From Octopus vulgaris (taxonomy: Eukaryota): a stretch of DNA of 64,000 nucleotides. The translations under genes were made by a program, and so were the position numbers. Of the stretch, positions 25,960 to 38,894 are shown one piece after another. The stretch covers positions 28,644,001 to 28,708,000 of the forward strand of contig OX597838.1 of NCBI GenBank assembly GCA_951406725.2, given 5' to 3'. Position 1 is the first letter of the stretch; the number at the start of each line of letters is the position of its first letter. The notes beneath the pieces were generated by a model, which had not been told where the DNA came from, did no database searches, and saw only the letters and a program-made list of their open reading frames with translations.

Positions 25960-26208
25960 GTTTCAGCAAGTAGAAATTCTAACTTGGAAGGATTTACACT
26001 TGAAGACTTAGAAAATGGAGAGAAAAAATTAACAACGACTTGTCTTCGGATAAATCAAATATAGATGTGTCTGAATTTTCATCTTTCGAGGAAGTGGATT
26101 TTGATAGTGAAAGTGATAAAGATCTTCAGGTTGCAACACAAATGGAACATTACAGTGACATGGTTGAATAATAAAACACCAATGCATATTCCTGATTTTA
26201 TTGAAAAT
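25960..26208 (+). pseudogene. Possible decayed DNA-transposase N-terminus (piggyBac-like acidic region)
   Basis: Frameshifted peptides MVSASRNSNLEGFTLEDLENG / SSDKSNIDVSEFSSFEEVDFDSESDKD / VTWLNNKTPMHIPDFIEN. Resemblance only. Confidence 0.3.
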
Positions 26209-26209
26209 A

Positions 26210-26409
26210 TGATGGGGTGCTGAAAAGTTCCTGGCTTTGGGTAAAAGAAAATACAGATTTTATTCAACATATTCCCCTCTCAGATTCACACTCTTGTTGC
26301 AACTGTCCTTCAGTTTTTCTAAGCCCTGTAAAAGAACTAGGAAGGGTTAGGCCACCAACCAGGCCTTTTGTGACACCCTTAAAACCAGGAACTTATCAGC
26401 ACCCCCTCG
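26210..26409. mobile_element. mariner-derived MITE
   Basis: TIRs GATGGGGTGCTGAAAAGTTCCTGG / CCAGGAACTTATCAGCACCCCCTCG. Confidence 0.8.
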
Positions 26410-26709
26410 TGTGTGTATACGACACACACACACATATATATGGAGGCGCAATGGCCCAGTGGTTAGGGCAGCAGACTTGCGGTCGTAGGATCGTGGTTTT
26501 GATTTCCAGACCGGGTGTTCTGAGTGTTTATTGAGCAAAAACACCAAAAGCTTCACGAGGCACTGGCAGGGGGTGGGGGTGGCAATCCCTGCTGTACTCT
26601 TTTGCCACAACTTTCTCTCACTCTTTCTTCTGTTGGTCTGCTCACTGTAAAAATTCAATTATATTTATTTATTAATTAATTACAATTATGTGTATATCAC
26701 TGGTGTGAT

Positions 26710-26751
<42 letters not shown>

Positions 26752-27740
26752 TATTTATTTATTTAATTATTTATTTTTGTTTATTTGGCACTTACTAATC
26801 TATAATTGATTTAACTTATAATTAATAAACTTATTCTAAATTAATAGTAACTTCTGTAGGTGTGTGAAAATGTGTATGTGTACGTATATATGTTTTTGTA
26901 CATATAGGTATGATTGTGGCTGGATGTATGGATGTATGTTTTTATTACTCATATGAGCACGCAAGTGCGTACTTGGATTATATTTGTGTGTATGTATGTA
27001 TATATAACAAATGTATTAAAACAAAAATATTTATATATTTGAGTTTATTAGAATTTCAATGTGTAAGGGTTCAAAGGTCACTTCACATCTGTGTGGTTTC
27101 AGGTTTAGTCCCACTGTCTGGTACCTGCCTTGGGCATGTGTTTTCTACTATAGCCTTGAGTTGACCAATGCCTTGTGAGTGAATTCAGTAGGAAGAAACT
27201 GTACAAAAACTCTGTTTGTGAATATGTTAACACTTTGTGTTTCACATGGACAAGCTAGGTATTGTGATTGTTACCATGTCAACAAGCATGCAGTAGCTCT
27301 ACACTTTCAAAGATGAGTGGAATGTAAACTCTTACTCAAAATACAGATAAGGGTTTGCAATAACACCTCTATAAAATATAATCATCCAACCCATGCCGTC
27401 ATGGAAAAACAGACATAAAACAAATTTTATTGTCTTCACTGTGCAACCGGCTATACATTTTGCATCACACCATTTGGGAACCCCTGGCATTAAAGGCTCA
27501 CAATATCGGTGTTGTTTCAAATAAAAATCTTTGCTTTAACCTTTCAGCATTCAGATTGCTCTGTCAAATCTAATGTTTATTTACTCACGTTTTTTGGAAT
27601 TAATCATGCATTATCTGATAGCTTTGAGATTTCAATGATGCGAAGCTTTATTTTTAGAATGACATTATAGGGTAGGTGTAAGAAGCCAGATCTGGTTGAT
27701 AAAACAAATAGACTATTTTGGCCACATATGGTCAGTTTAA

Positions 27741-27961
27741 CCCTTTAGTGTTCACATTATTCTGCCAAAACTAATGCTTTTTTATCCACATTGTTTTGAA
27801 CTAATCAGGTATTATCTTGTAGCTATGAGATTTTGATGAGGTAGCTGTTAATTTTTAAAATGATATTGTAGGGTTGGTGTGAGAGAACAGATATGGCCAG
27901 TCTGAACATAAAACAGGCAGAATACTTTTGGCCGGATATGGCCGGTTTAAATGCTAAAGGG
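27741..27961. mobile_element. piggyBac-type MITE (CCCTTTAG family)
   Basis: TTAA-CCCTTTAG...CTAAAGGG-ATAA. A full copy with TTAA on both sides lies at 40804-41019, nested in a family C SINE. Partial copies near 1040-2000, 25300, 27540, 34043 and 42095. Confidence 0.8.
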
Positions 27962-29813
27962 ATAAATATTTAACATTTCTCAGACCACACCTACAAAACC
28001 TGACATTTGTGCTTTTTCCACCCCTCTCCCCTATTGATTAAATAGTGTTCTTTTTTGACCTAAAATAGTCTCTTTTATTTTTTCACTTCTAATTATTGAG
28101 TATTTATTTTGTTTTGTTTAAACTGATTTGTTTGTATTCCTGAGTGTTTGATTATTTCAACTGTTGGCTATTGGTAATTATTGCTAATCAAGACTCTGAA
28201 TGGTCGTTAGCTACTAATGAAAAGGCATTATTTTCGTTACATTGTCCTCTTTAGAAACTGGAATATTTCCTCTTATACTATTAAAAGCAAGTAAAATAGT
28301 GTGGAAATACCTGTGTGTGTGTGTGTGCGTGTGTGTGTGTGTGTGTGTGCATGCGCACACATGCATGTCTGCTTCATGTGAGAAGTGTTACCAGCAAATA
28401 GTGATGTTTGTTAACATACTATGTTAACAGATTTTGCAAATTATCTGTTGACACTGCACTTTTGAAGATGTGTAGAATAATAAAAAATGCAAATCCTCTA
28501 CTTGAAAAACCGGTAAGGGTTAGTGACAGGAAGGGCATCTAGTTGTAAAACAAAATCTCAGTAATATGTACTCATCCAACCCATGCTAGTATGGAAAAAA
28601 AAAACATGTAAAACAAACAAATGATACTATTTATGGTGATCTTTACATTCTGAGTTCAAATTCTGCCACAGTTGATTTTGCTTTGCATCCTTTCGAGGTC
28701 GATAAATTAAGTACCAGTTGCATACTGGGGTCGATCTAATCAATTGGTCCTCCCCTTCCCCCAAAATTTCGGGCCATGTGCCTAGTGTAGAAAAGATTAT
28801 TTATGATGATCATCCTCATCATTTTGACATGCATTTTTGCCATGCTTGTATGAGTTGGATAGAGTTTATAGAGGCAGAATTTTTTTTTACCACCAGATGC
28901 TCTCCCAGTTGCCAACACTTCATTAGTTTCTAAGCAAGGCAATGTTTCCTCTTGACCAGACATTTTTTTCACAGAATATTAAAAGCAAACGAAACTCATT
29001 TACAACTATCACACAATGTGATTAAAAGGAGACACATGGACAGACACTCACACATCTGTACATACGTACACAGCTATACATACATAATACATATGTGTGT
29101 GTGTGTATAAATAGAACAGCTAAGAGAAGTGAGGTGAGAGACCAGATGTTTATATTCCATTCGTTTACAACTGTTTCATAATCTTTTTAGTTTTATAACA
29201 GATATTACATCATCAGCATTAATGTTGCCAGCCTCGCCTGGCCCTCGTGCCGGTGGCACATAAAAAGCACCATCCGTTCGTGGCCGTTTGCCAGCTCTGT
29301 CTGGCACCTGTGCGGGTGGCACGTAAAAAGCACCCACTACACTCACAGAGTGGTTGGCGTTAGGAAGGGCATCCAGCCGTAGAAACACTGCCAGATTTGA
29401 CTGGGCCTGATGAAGCCTTCTGGCTTCACAGACCCCAGTAGAACCGTCCAACCCATGCTAGCATGGAAAACGGACGCTAAACGATGATGATGATGATGAT
29501 GATGATGATGATACACATGTAAAGTGTACATATGCTATGTATGTATTTACAAGTATTGAGTGATATCAAGACACGAAGACACAAACACAGGTGTAGGCAT
29601 GGCTGTGTGGTAAGAAGGTTTGCTTCCCAACTACACGGTTCTGGGTTCAGTCTCACTATGTGACACCTACTATAGTCTCAGACTGACCAAAGTCTTGTGA
29701 GTGAATTTGGGAGACAGAAACTGAAAGAAGCCTATTGTATAGTGTGTGTGTGTATAATGGAGATTAGGAAGTTAATAATCGTTTATTATTAACAACAAAT
29801 TGGTCCATCTTTG

Positions 29814-29910
29814 CTTCTTACAACTGTTTCAATTAATGCTCAATAATTTAATTACAAATTTGTACATTAAATTTATATTTATGGGACATGAGTATAATTT
29901 CATCAGAGAG
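29814..29910 (-). ncRNA. Hammerhead-like motif with extended stem II inside a fold-back element
   Basis: Minus strand reads cucu CUGAUGA aauuauacuca...ugagcauuaauu GAAAC aguu GUA agaag. Confidence 0.55.
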
Positions 29911-30470
29911 GAAAAAGATGTACCTTTGGATGTTATATGTGGGCCTATCAGTTCATTTCTGCTGTAAATTTAATGTACAAATTTGTAATTAAATTATTGA
30001 GTATCAATTAAAACAGCTGTAAGAAGTGAAGATGACCAATTTATTGTTAATAATTAACAATTATTAACTTCCTAATCACCATTTTCTTTTCTTCATTTAA
30101 CTCGATATAAAATATACGCTTAATATATACCTATTGTTTTAAGGGATTTTCATTCCCTAAAAATACAAGGCATTGAACCAGTATTTCCTTGGATGCAACC
30201 ACCCCTTCTCGAGGTTAACATACCTTCTAATTAAATATATATGTCCATTGAAGTGACAAGAAACGATCGTAGTGGATATCTTAATTAATCTTAATTATAT
30301 TTAATTTATATAAATTTTTTTATGTATTGGATTAAGTCTTTCTTTGTTTGATTTTCATAATAGTGGTTTTGTCTCTAATTAATATTATATTATATTTTAC
30401 TATAAAATTGGATTCAATCATAAATCTGATTTTTCCCTGTAAATTTGGATTTATTCCCTAATATTTATTA

Positions 30471-30528
<58 letters not shown>

Positions 30529-33267
30529 GCATCTTTGTGTCTATTTGTTCTTCACCCACCACATGACAACCAGTGTTTATTTGTTCACATCCCTATAACT
30601 TAGCAGTTCGGTAACAGAGACTGATAGAATAAGTCCCAAACTTAAAAAGAAAAATACTGGCATCGATTCGTTCAGCTAAAAATTCTTCAAGGCAGTGCCC
30701 CAGCATGGCCACAGTCTTATGACCGAGACAAAGGAAAAAAGATGGGTTTCTACCAAATTTACTCAGCCTGGCCATATAGTAGAAGATACTTGCTTAAGGT
30801 ACCATACAGTGGTACTGAATGCAAAACCATGTGGTTAGGAAGCAAATTATTTAACTGCCCAGCCATGCCTGCCCCTAAAATGTATGTTTCTGACATGTGA
30901 CCATGTGTTAGAGAATTACTACGCCTTGCCTTGAGCCCTCAATTTCTTGAGCTGTAGCTGCTCTTTGTCATGTTATATAGTGTGTCTTAGGTATTTTGAG
31001 TCCTGGCGGAGCCCATCCTCCTGCTTGTCTTATCTTACCTCAGCCGATTCCTTTCAGAAGAGAGGAAGACAGACAGACAGACAGAAAGAAAGAGCGAGGG
31101 AAAGAGAAGAATTTACTCCAGTACATGACTGGCCCTTTATTTATAGCCCTCCCACCCCAAAAAAAAAAAATGAAATGCAAAATTAAATTTGGTAAGATTT
31201 GAATTTAGAGAGCTGAGAGATGGAAAGATTACTGTAAAACAATTTATCCGAAGCTCTAAGGATTCAGTCAATTGTCCACTTTGCACACATGCATGTGCGC
31301 ACACACACACACACACTTTCTCTTTCTTTTTTTCTCCTTTTTTTTCTCTTTCTCTCTCTCAAATAGTGTTTCAGTTAAAGGCACAGATTAGAAGTGAACT
31401 TTGTTGAGTATTGGAATTTGTGCTATGACAAGAAGCAGTGAGATAGACACGTAAAGACATAGGTATGCATACACACACACACACACACACACATTTTCAA
31501 AGATTCTGGATATACATACTTCGAATATTGAATACTGGACTTTGTGTATGAATGTGATCCATTCTCTATCGAACATCTGATGATCGATGACAATCCACTG
31601 ATACAAAACACACACACACACACACAACTACACACTTTATACACACATATAGGCGCAGGAGTGGCTGTGTGGTAAGTAGCTTGCTAACCAACCACATGGT
31701 TCCGGGTTCAGTCCCACTGCGTGGCATCTTGGGCAAGTGTCTTCTGCTATAGTCCCCGGGCCGACCAATGCCTTGTGAGTGGATTTGGTAGACGGAAACT
31801 GAAAGAAGCCTGTATATGTATGTGTGTGTGTGTGTATTTGTGTGTCTGTGTTTGTCCCCCTAGCATTGCTTGACAACCGATGCTGGTGTGTTTATGTCCC
31901 CGTCACTTAGCAGTTCGGCAAAAGAGACCGATAGAATAAGTACTGGGCTTACAAAGAATAAGTCCCGGGGTCGATTTGCTCGACTAAAGGCGGTGCTCCA
32001 GCATGGCCGCAGTCAAATGACTGAAACAAGTAAAACAGAAAAGAAAAAAAGAAAGAGTATTTTAAAGACTTTTGTGTCCTGCTTTTTTTTATATCTATGG
32101 TAAAGGGTTCAGTACTTTACAAAATGTGAACTGGATCTCTTGAGAGCCATCATTAATCCATTAACGAGTAAAACAGATCGTGTGCCTGCACCCACCCACA
32201 CACACATACACATAGTTACTATGGTTCTATAGAGCAATGCAGCAGTAGATATTTACAGTAAAACAACAGATGTTATGATTATAGGAAACAGAGCAAGTAT
32301 ATTGGCAAATAATGAGTGAGATCCGACCTGAGAGGACATTAAATTGACAAATGAAAGTCAAGGTTCTTGTGAGCTGCAAATCAGAGTAAAGTCTAGATTT
32401 GTGGTTGTAATAAATCAGCAATTAGTAGTTCTTTTGTTTTTGTTTTTGTTTTCTGTTTTACTTGTGAATATTGACTACTGTAGAAACAATATCTCTCACT
32501 TTCCCTCTCAATCTCTGATGTGTTTTGTTTTATTTTTATGTAGAAACAGTTTAGCGTTAACCTGAAAGACTACTCTCTCTTTTACTTGTTTCAGTCATTT
32601 GACTGTGGCCATGCTGGAGCACCGCCTTTAGTCGAGCAAATCGACCCCCACGACTTATTCTTTGTAAGCCTAGTACTTATTTTATTGATCCCTTTTGCCG
32701 AACCGCTAAGTTACGGGTACGTAAATACACCAGCATTGGTTGTCAAGCGATGTTGGGGGGACAAACACAGACACACAAACATATATACACACACACACAC
32801 ACATATATGCGATGGGCTTCTTTCAGTTTCCGTCTACCAAATCCACTCACAAGGCTTTGGTCAGCCCGAGGCTATAGTGAAAGACACTTGCCCAAGGTGC
32901 CACTATTCAATACCTTTTTGTAAGTGTATTTATTATACTTCTACAAGAAGACGGTTGACAGTGACTTCGAAGTTTTGACCCGTTAGCCTTCTAATGAAAG
33001 CAAGTAGACTGAAACTTCACAGTCATTGTCACTCCTCTTCTTCTAAAACTATAATACATGTATATTTAAAAGTATTATACTTATATTTAAAAGTATTATA
33101 GGCGCGGGAGTGGCTGTGTGGTAAGTAGCTTGCTTATGAACTACATGGTTCCGGGTTCAGTCCCACTGCATGGCATCTTGGGCAAATGTCTTCTACTATA
33201 GCCTCGGGCCGACCAAAGCCTTGTGAGTAGATTTGGTAGACGGAAACTGAAAGAAGCCTGTCGTATG

Positions 33268-33316
<49 letters not shown>

Positions 33317-36300
33317 TTGTGTATTCTGCTATAGCCCCGGGCCGACCAATGCCTTGTGAGTGGATTTGGTAGACGGAAACTGAAAGAAGCCTGTCGTATA
33401 TATATATATATATAAATGTGTTTGTGTGTCTGTGTTTGTCCCCCTAGCATTGCTTGACAACCAATGCTGGTGTGTTTACGTCCCCATCACTTAGCGGTTC
33501 GGCAAAAAGAGACCGATAGAATAAGTACTGGGCTTACAAAGAATAAGTCCCGGGGTCGATTTGCTCGACTAAAGGCGGTGCTCCAGCATGGCCGCAGTCA
33601 AATGACCGAAACAAGTAAAAGTAAAAGTATACTGTAATAATTATTCTAAAACTAGCTTAAAATAACGAGGATATTTGCTAAATGGGCGACTGAGAATACT
33701 GAGAATCGAGTTGAATCTATTGTTTAGTCAACTAACAGCTTATTCAACCATTAAGCTGTTTGGGAAAACCTTGTGTGTGCATATTTTTTGCTGTCTTTAG
33801 TTACCAGAAATATACAAAATAACGCAAGTTGAAAATTTTGTGCATGATTTGGGAGTGGTTGGGGATTAATTTGTAGATAAGAGGTGGGTGTTGGTAGAGA
33901 GAGTGTTTATATAATTAGCAAACTGTTCAGAAAATCAGAAACCATTATACTGTCACTGGGAAGGACAAGAAATAATTCCAGATGTATGTTGGCTATAAAT
34001 CATTGATTTGTAGATCTTCCCTAGTTAGATGTTTCTTTTTAACCCTTTAGCATTTAAACCGGCCGTATTCGGCCAAAAGTATTCTGCCTGTTTTATGTTC
34101 AAACTGGCCATATCTGATCTCTCACACCAACCCTACAATATCATTTAAAAAATTAATAGCTACCTCATCAAAATCTCGAAGCTACAAGATAATGCATGAT
34201 TAGTTCAAGGCAATGAAGATGAAATCATTGATTTGTAGTTCTTCCCTAGTTAGATGTTTCTTTTTAACCCAAATAGGAGGAGGCCGTGTCTGGGTAAAAA
34301 GCATCCAGCTCGCACATACATGTGCATGTGTGTGGGTGGGTCTTCATTTCATGATTGCCATTGTTTTAATGTACACTTTTCACTGCTCGCATGGTTCGAA
34401 CTAAATTTGCTGAGTTGGACTTTCTACAGCTGGATACGCTCACAGTTGCCAACCCTCACTTTGTTTCCAAGTAAGGTAATATTGCACCTTGGCCAAAAAT
34501 GTTTACATGGAAGATTAGAAATAAAGGGCACCGCTTGCGTGATAGTGACACTTGCTTACAACTGTCATACAGATGTCAAGGCAAGGGGACAGTAACTCAC
34601 ACACACACACACACATAAGTGTGGTAGATGGAAACTGAAAGAAGCCCATTGTATGATATGTGTGTGTGAGTGCATGTATGTCTTGACAGTACGTGATAGT
34701 TGTAAATGAGTGTCACTGTCATATAAGCAGTGTCATACATTTCCAATATTCTGCTAGAACATGTCTGGCTGTGGGGAACTATTGCTTGGAAACAAGTGAG
34801 GGTTGGTGACAGGAAAGGCATCTGGCTTTAAGAAATCTACTTCAATAACACTTTGTCTGACTCATGCAAGCATGGAAAAGTGGGTATTAAAACCATGACG
34901 ATGATGATGACATATATATATATATATAATCATCATCATCGTTTAATGTCCGCTTTCTATGCTAGCATGGGTTGGATGATTTGACTGAGGTCTGGTGAGC
35001 CAGATGCTGCACCAAACTCCAATCTGATCTGGCAGAGTTTCTACGACTGGATGCCCTTCATAATACCAGCCACACCGAGAGATTAGTGGGTGCTTTTACG
35101 CACCACCGGCATGAGGGCCGGTCAGGCGGTACTGGCAGCGGCCACGCTCAAATGGTGCTTTTTATGTGCCACCTGCACAGGAGCCAGTCCTGTGGCATAT
35201 ACATATATCAGACATGGCTGTGTGCTAAGAAGCTTGCTTCCCAACCACATGGTTCCGGGCTCAGTCCCACTGCATGGTACCTTGGGCAAGTGTCTTCTAC
35301 TACTGCCTCGGACCAACCAAAGTCTTGTGAGTGGATTTGGTAGACGGTGGAGAACCATCATATATATATGTATATGTATATATTTATGTGTCTTTGTGTC
35401 TGTGTTTGCTCCCCCACCATCGTTTGGCAACAGATGTTGGTATGTTTACATTCCATTAACATAGTAAGTTGGCAAAAGAGACCAACAGAGTAAGTACTAG
35501 GCTTACAAAGAGTAAGTCCTGCGTTCTATTTGTTCATCTAAAAAAACCACAGTCAAGTGATTGAAACAAGTAGGCTGTGTGGTAAGTAGCTTGCTTACCA
35601 ACCACATGGTCCCAGGTTCAGTCCCACTGCATGGCACCTTGGGCTAGTGCTTTCTACTATAGCCTCAGGCTGACCAGAGCCTTGTGAGTGGATTTGGTAG
35701 ATGGAAACTGAAAGAAACCTCTCGTATATATCTATATATATATATGTATGTGTGTATATGTTTGTGCGTCTGTGTTTGTCCCCCCCTCCCCCAATATCGC
35801 TTGACAACTGATTCTAGTGTGTTTACGTCCCTGTAACTTAGCTGTTCAGCAAAAGAGACTGATAGAATAAGAACTAGGCTTACAAAGAATAAGCTCTGGG
35901 GTCGATTTGTTCAACTAAAGGCAGTGCTCCAGCATGGCCGCAGTCAAATGACTGAAACAAGTAAAAGAGTATATATATATATACATATGTATTTATTTAG
36001 ACAGATTTCTTTCAATTTCTGTCTACCAAATCCACTCACGAGGCTTTGGTAGACCTAGGGTTATAGTGGAAGACATTTGCTTTAAGAAGTTCTGCTTTTA
36101 TATATGTAAACAGTATTCTAATGGAGGGTGAATTTTCACTTTGTAATAGTTTTAGTTTGAGGGTCTGGACAAATACATATTTCTGACCCTGAAAATGGGT
36201 CAGCAGAACTTCTGTGGAGCAAGTCATCATCAAAGATAATTGGAATTAATAAGACTTAATTAATTCTTGTTGGTAATTATGATTGAGTTTCAACTGCATT

Positions 36301-38536
36301 GCATAATGTAGTCGTAGCTTTGATATCTTGAGATTTATAATACTCTTTTACTCTTTTACTTGTTTCAGTCATTTGACTGCGGCCATGCTGGAGCACCACC
36401 TTTAATCGAGCAACTCGACCCGGGACTTATTCTTTGTAAGCCCAGTACTTATTCTATCGGTCTCTTTTGCCGAACCGCTAAGTGACGGGGACATAAACAC
36501 ACCAGCATCGGTTGTTAAGCAATACTACGGGGACAAACACAGACACACAAACACATATATATATATACATGTATACGACGGGCTTCTTTCAGTTTCCGTC
36601 TACCAAATCCACTCACAAGGCTTTGGTCGGCCCAAGGCTATAGTAGAAGACACTTGCCCAAGGTGCCACGCAGTGGGACTGAACCCGGAACCATGTGGTT
36701 GGTAATCAAGCTACTTACCACACAGCCACTCCTGCGCCTATGTTTGTATTTTAGCACCGTTGGATGTGAATAGACTATTAATGCTTCGTTACCTGATGTT
36801 TTCAAGGCCTTTTGTCTGTATGCTAAGTATACCTGGTTGCAGATTAAAAGTTGTGTTTATATGTATATGATGGTGGTGGTGGTAGGGTAGGGTAAGAGGC
36901 TTATCAGTTTGCATGGAAGGTGGGTGGGTATTGATTGTTTATCAGTCTCAATGCGGATCTGACGAAATGAATACCAAGGAGAAATCTAGAATCAATCACC
37001 TACTGCGATAGTTTCTTTTATTGGTATGGAGCAAGAGGCTTCAGGAGAAAGCAAGTGGATGATGGATGGGAAGGAGGGAGGGAGGTGTGAATGAATGGGG
37101 ACAGGAAAAAACAGCAGAAGAAATTTTATGAAAGAAAAGCTATATATAATTGAAAGAAAAAAGTACCAGTACAAGAGGGGAAAAAGCTTATATGTTACGT
37201 AACTGGTGTGACTAAGTACATGAGGTCATGAATTTTGTGTGTGTGTGTGTGTGGTTGGAAATACCTGGCCTGAAAGATAGATAGATTAATAAATTTATAT
37301 CTACATCATGGAGTGGCTGTGTGGTAAGTAGCTTGCTTACCTACCACATGGTTCCGGGTTCAGTCCCACGGCGTGGCACCTTGGGCAAGTGTCCTCTACT
37401 ATAGCCTCAGGGCCGACCAATGCCTTGTGAGTGGATTTGGTAGACGGAAACTGAAAGAAGCCCATTGTATATATGTATATATATATATATATATATATGT
37501 GTGTATATATGTTTGTGTGTCTGTGTTTGTCCCCCCCAACATCGCTTGACAACCGATGCTTGTGTGTTTACGTCCCCGTCACTTCGGCAAAAGAGACTGA
37601 TAGAATAAGTACTAGGCTTACAAAGAATAAGTTCTGGGGTCGATTTGCTCGACTAAAGGCGGTGCTCCAGCATGGCCACAGTCAAATGACTGAAACAAGT
37701 AAAAGAGTATCATGTAAAGTATAATCTATATATATTTCTTTATTGCCCACATGGGAGACAAACAAGGACAGACAAAGGGATTAAGTCGATTACATCGACC
37801 CCAGTGTGTAACTGGTACTTATTTAATCAACCCCGAAAGGATGAAAGGCAAAGTCAACCTCGGCGGAATGTGAACTCAGAATGTGACAACAGATGAAATG
37901 CCGCCAAGCATTTCGCCCAGCCTGCTAACAATTCTGCCTGCTCACTGCCATGTAAAGCATATTCCACCAAAATTATTTATTGATACATTTCTGCCATTGT
38001 GTCCACAAAAGCAGGAAAGTCCTTTGCAAAGAAATCTCACCCACAATTGCTGAAGAAACAAAAGCAGTGTTAATGCCGAAACTTAACATGGAAGTTGTGT
38101 TAGAATGCAGAATGTTGCGTTATTTACCATGAAAGTATCTCTCAGAAGGATTTGTGGTACATAAAAACATATAATTGTCTGGTATAGCCACTGAAAGTGC
38201 CAGATCACATGATTTCACCCTGCTGTGGGTTCCTCAGTGGAAGATGTCCAGCAGCATGATAGCAGCTGAATCTCCTATCCATGGAATCCCCGTGTTTATT
38301 CAGGCACTGGTGTTGCAAATAGCCAGTGGGCTTATTAAAAAATAATTAATAGCAACAGAAACAGTATCAATACCAAAAGATAATATTGATTTCTAACTTA
38401 GCACAGAGGTTGTTTTAGAACACAGAATACTGTGTTATTTACCCGAGAGGATCTCTCACGAACATGGGGTGCATAGAAGCACATGTAATTATGTTGTTGA
38501 CAGATGAGAATCATCTGCTGTAGCCACTGGAACTGC

Positions 38537-38894
38537 CTGATCACATTATTTCACCCTGCTATGGGTTCCTCAGTGACAGATACCTAGCAGTGTGGTAACA
38601 ACTGAATCTCCTGTCCATGATATATAGAATCCAAGTGTCTATTCAGATCACGTGATTTCACCCTGCTACGGGTTCCTCAGTGACAGATACCTAGCAGTGT
38701 GGTAACAACTGAATCTCCTGTCCATGATATATAGAATCCAAGTGTCTATTCAGATCACGTGATTTCACCCTGCTACGGGTTCCTCAGTGACAGATACCTA
38801 GCAGTGTGGTAACAACTGAATCTCCTGTCCATGATGTATAGAATCCAAGTGTCTATTCAGATCACGTGATTTCACCCTGCTACGGGTTCCTCAG
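38537..38894. repeat. 107-bp tandem repeat, ~3.3 copies
   Basis: Unit cagatcacgtgatttcaccctgctacgggttcctcag... starts at 38644, 38751 and 38858, with a diverged first copy at 38537. Confidence 0.9.
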
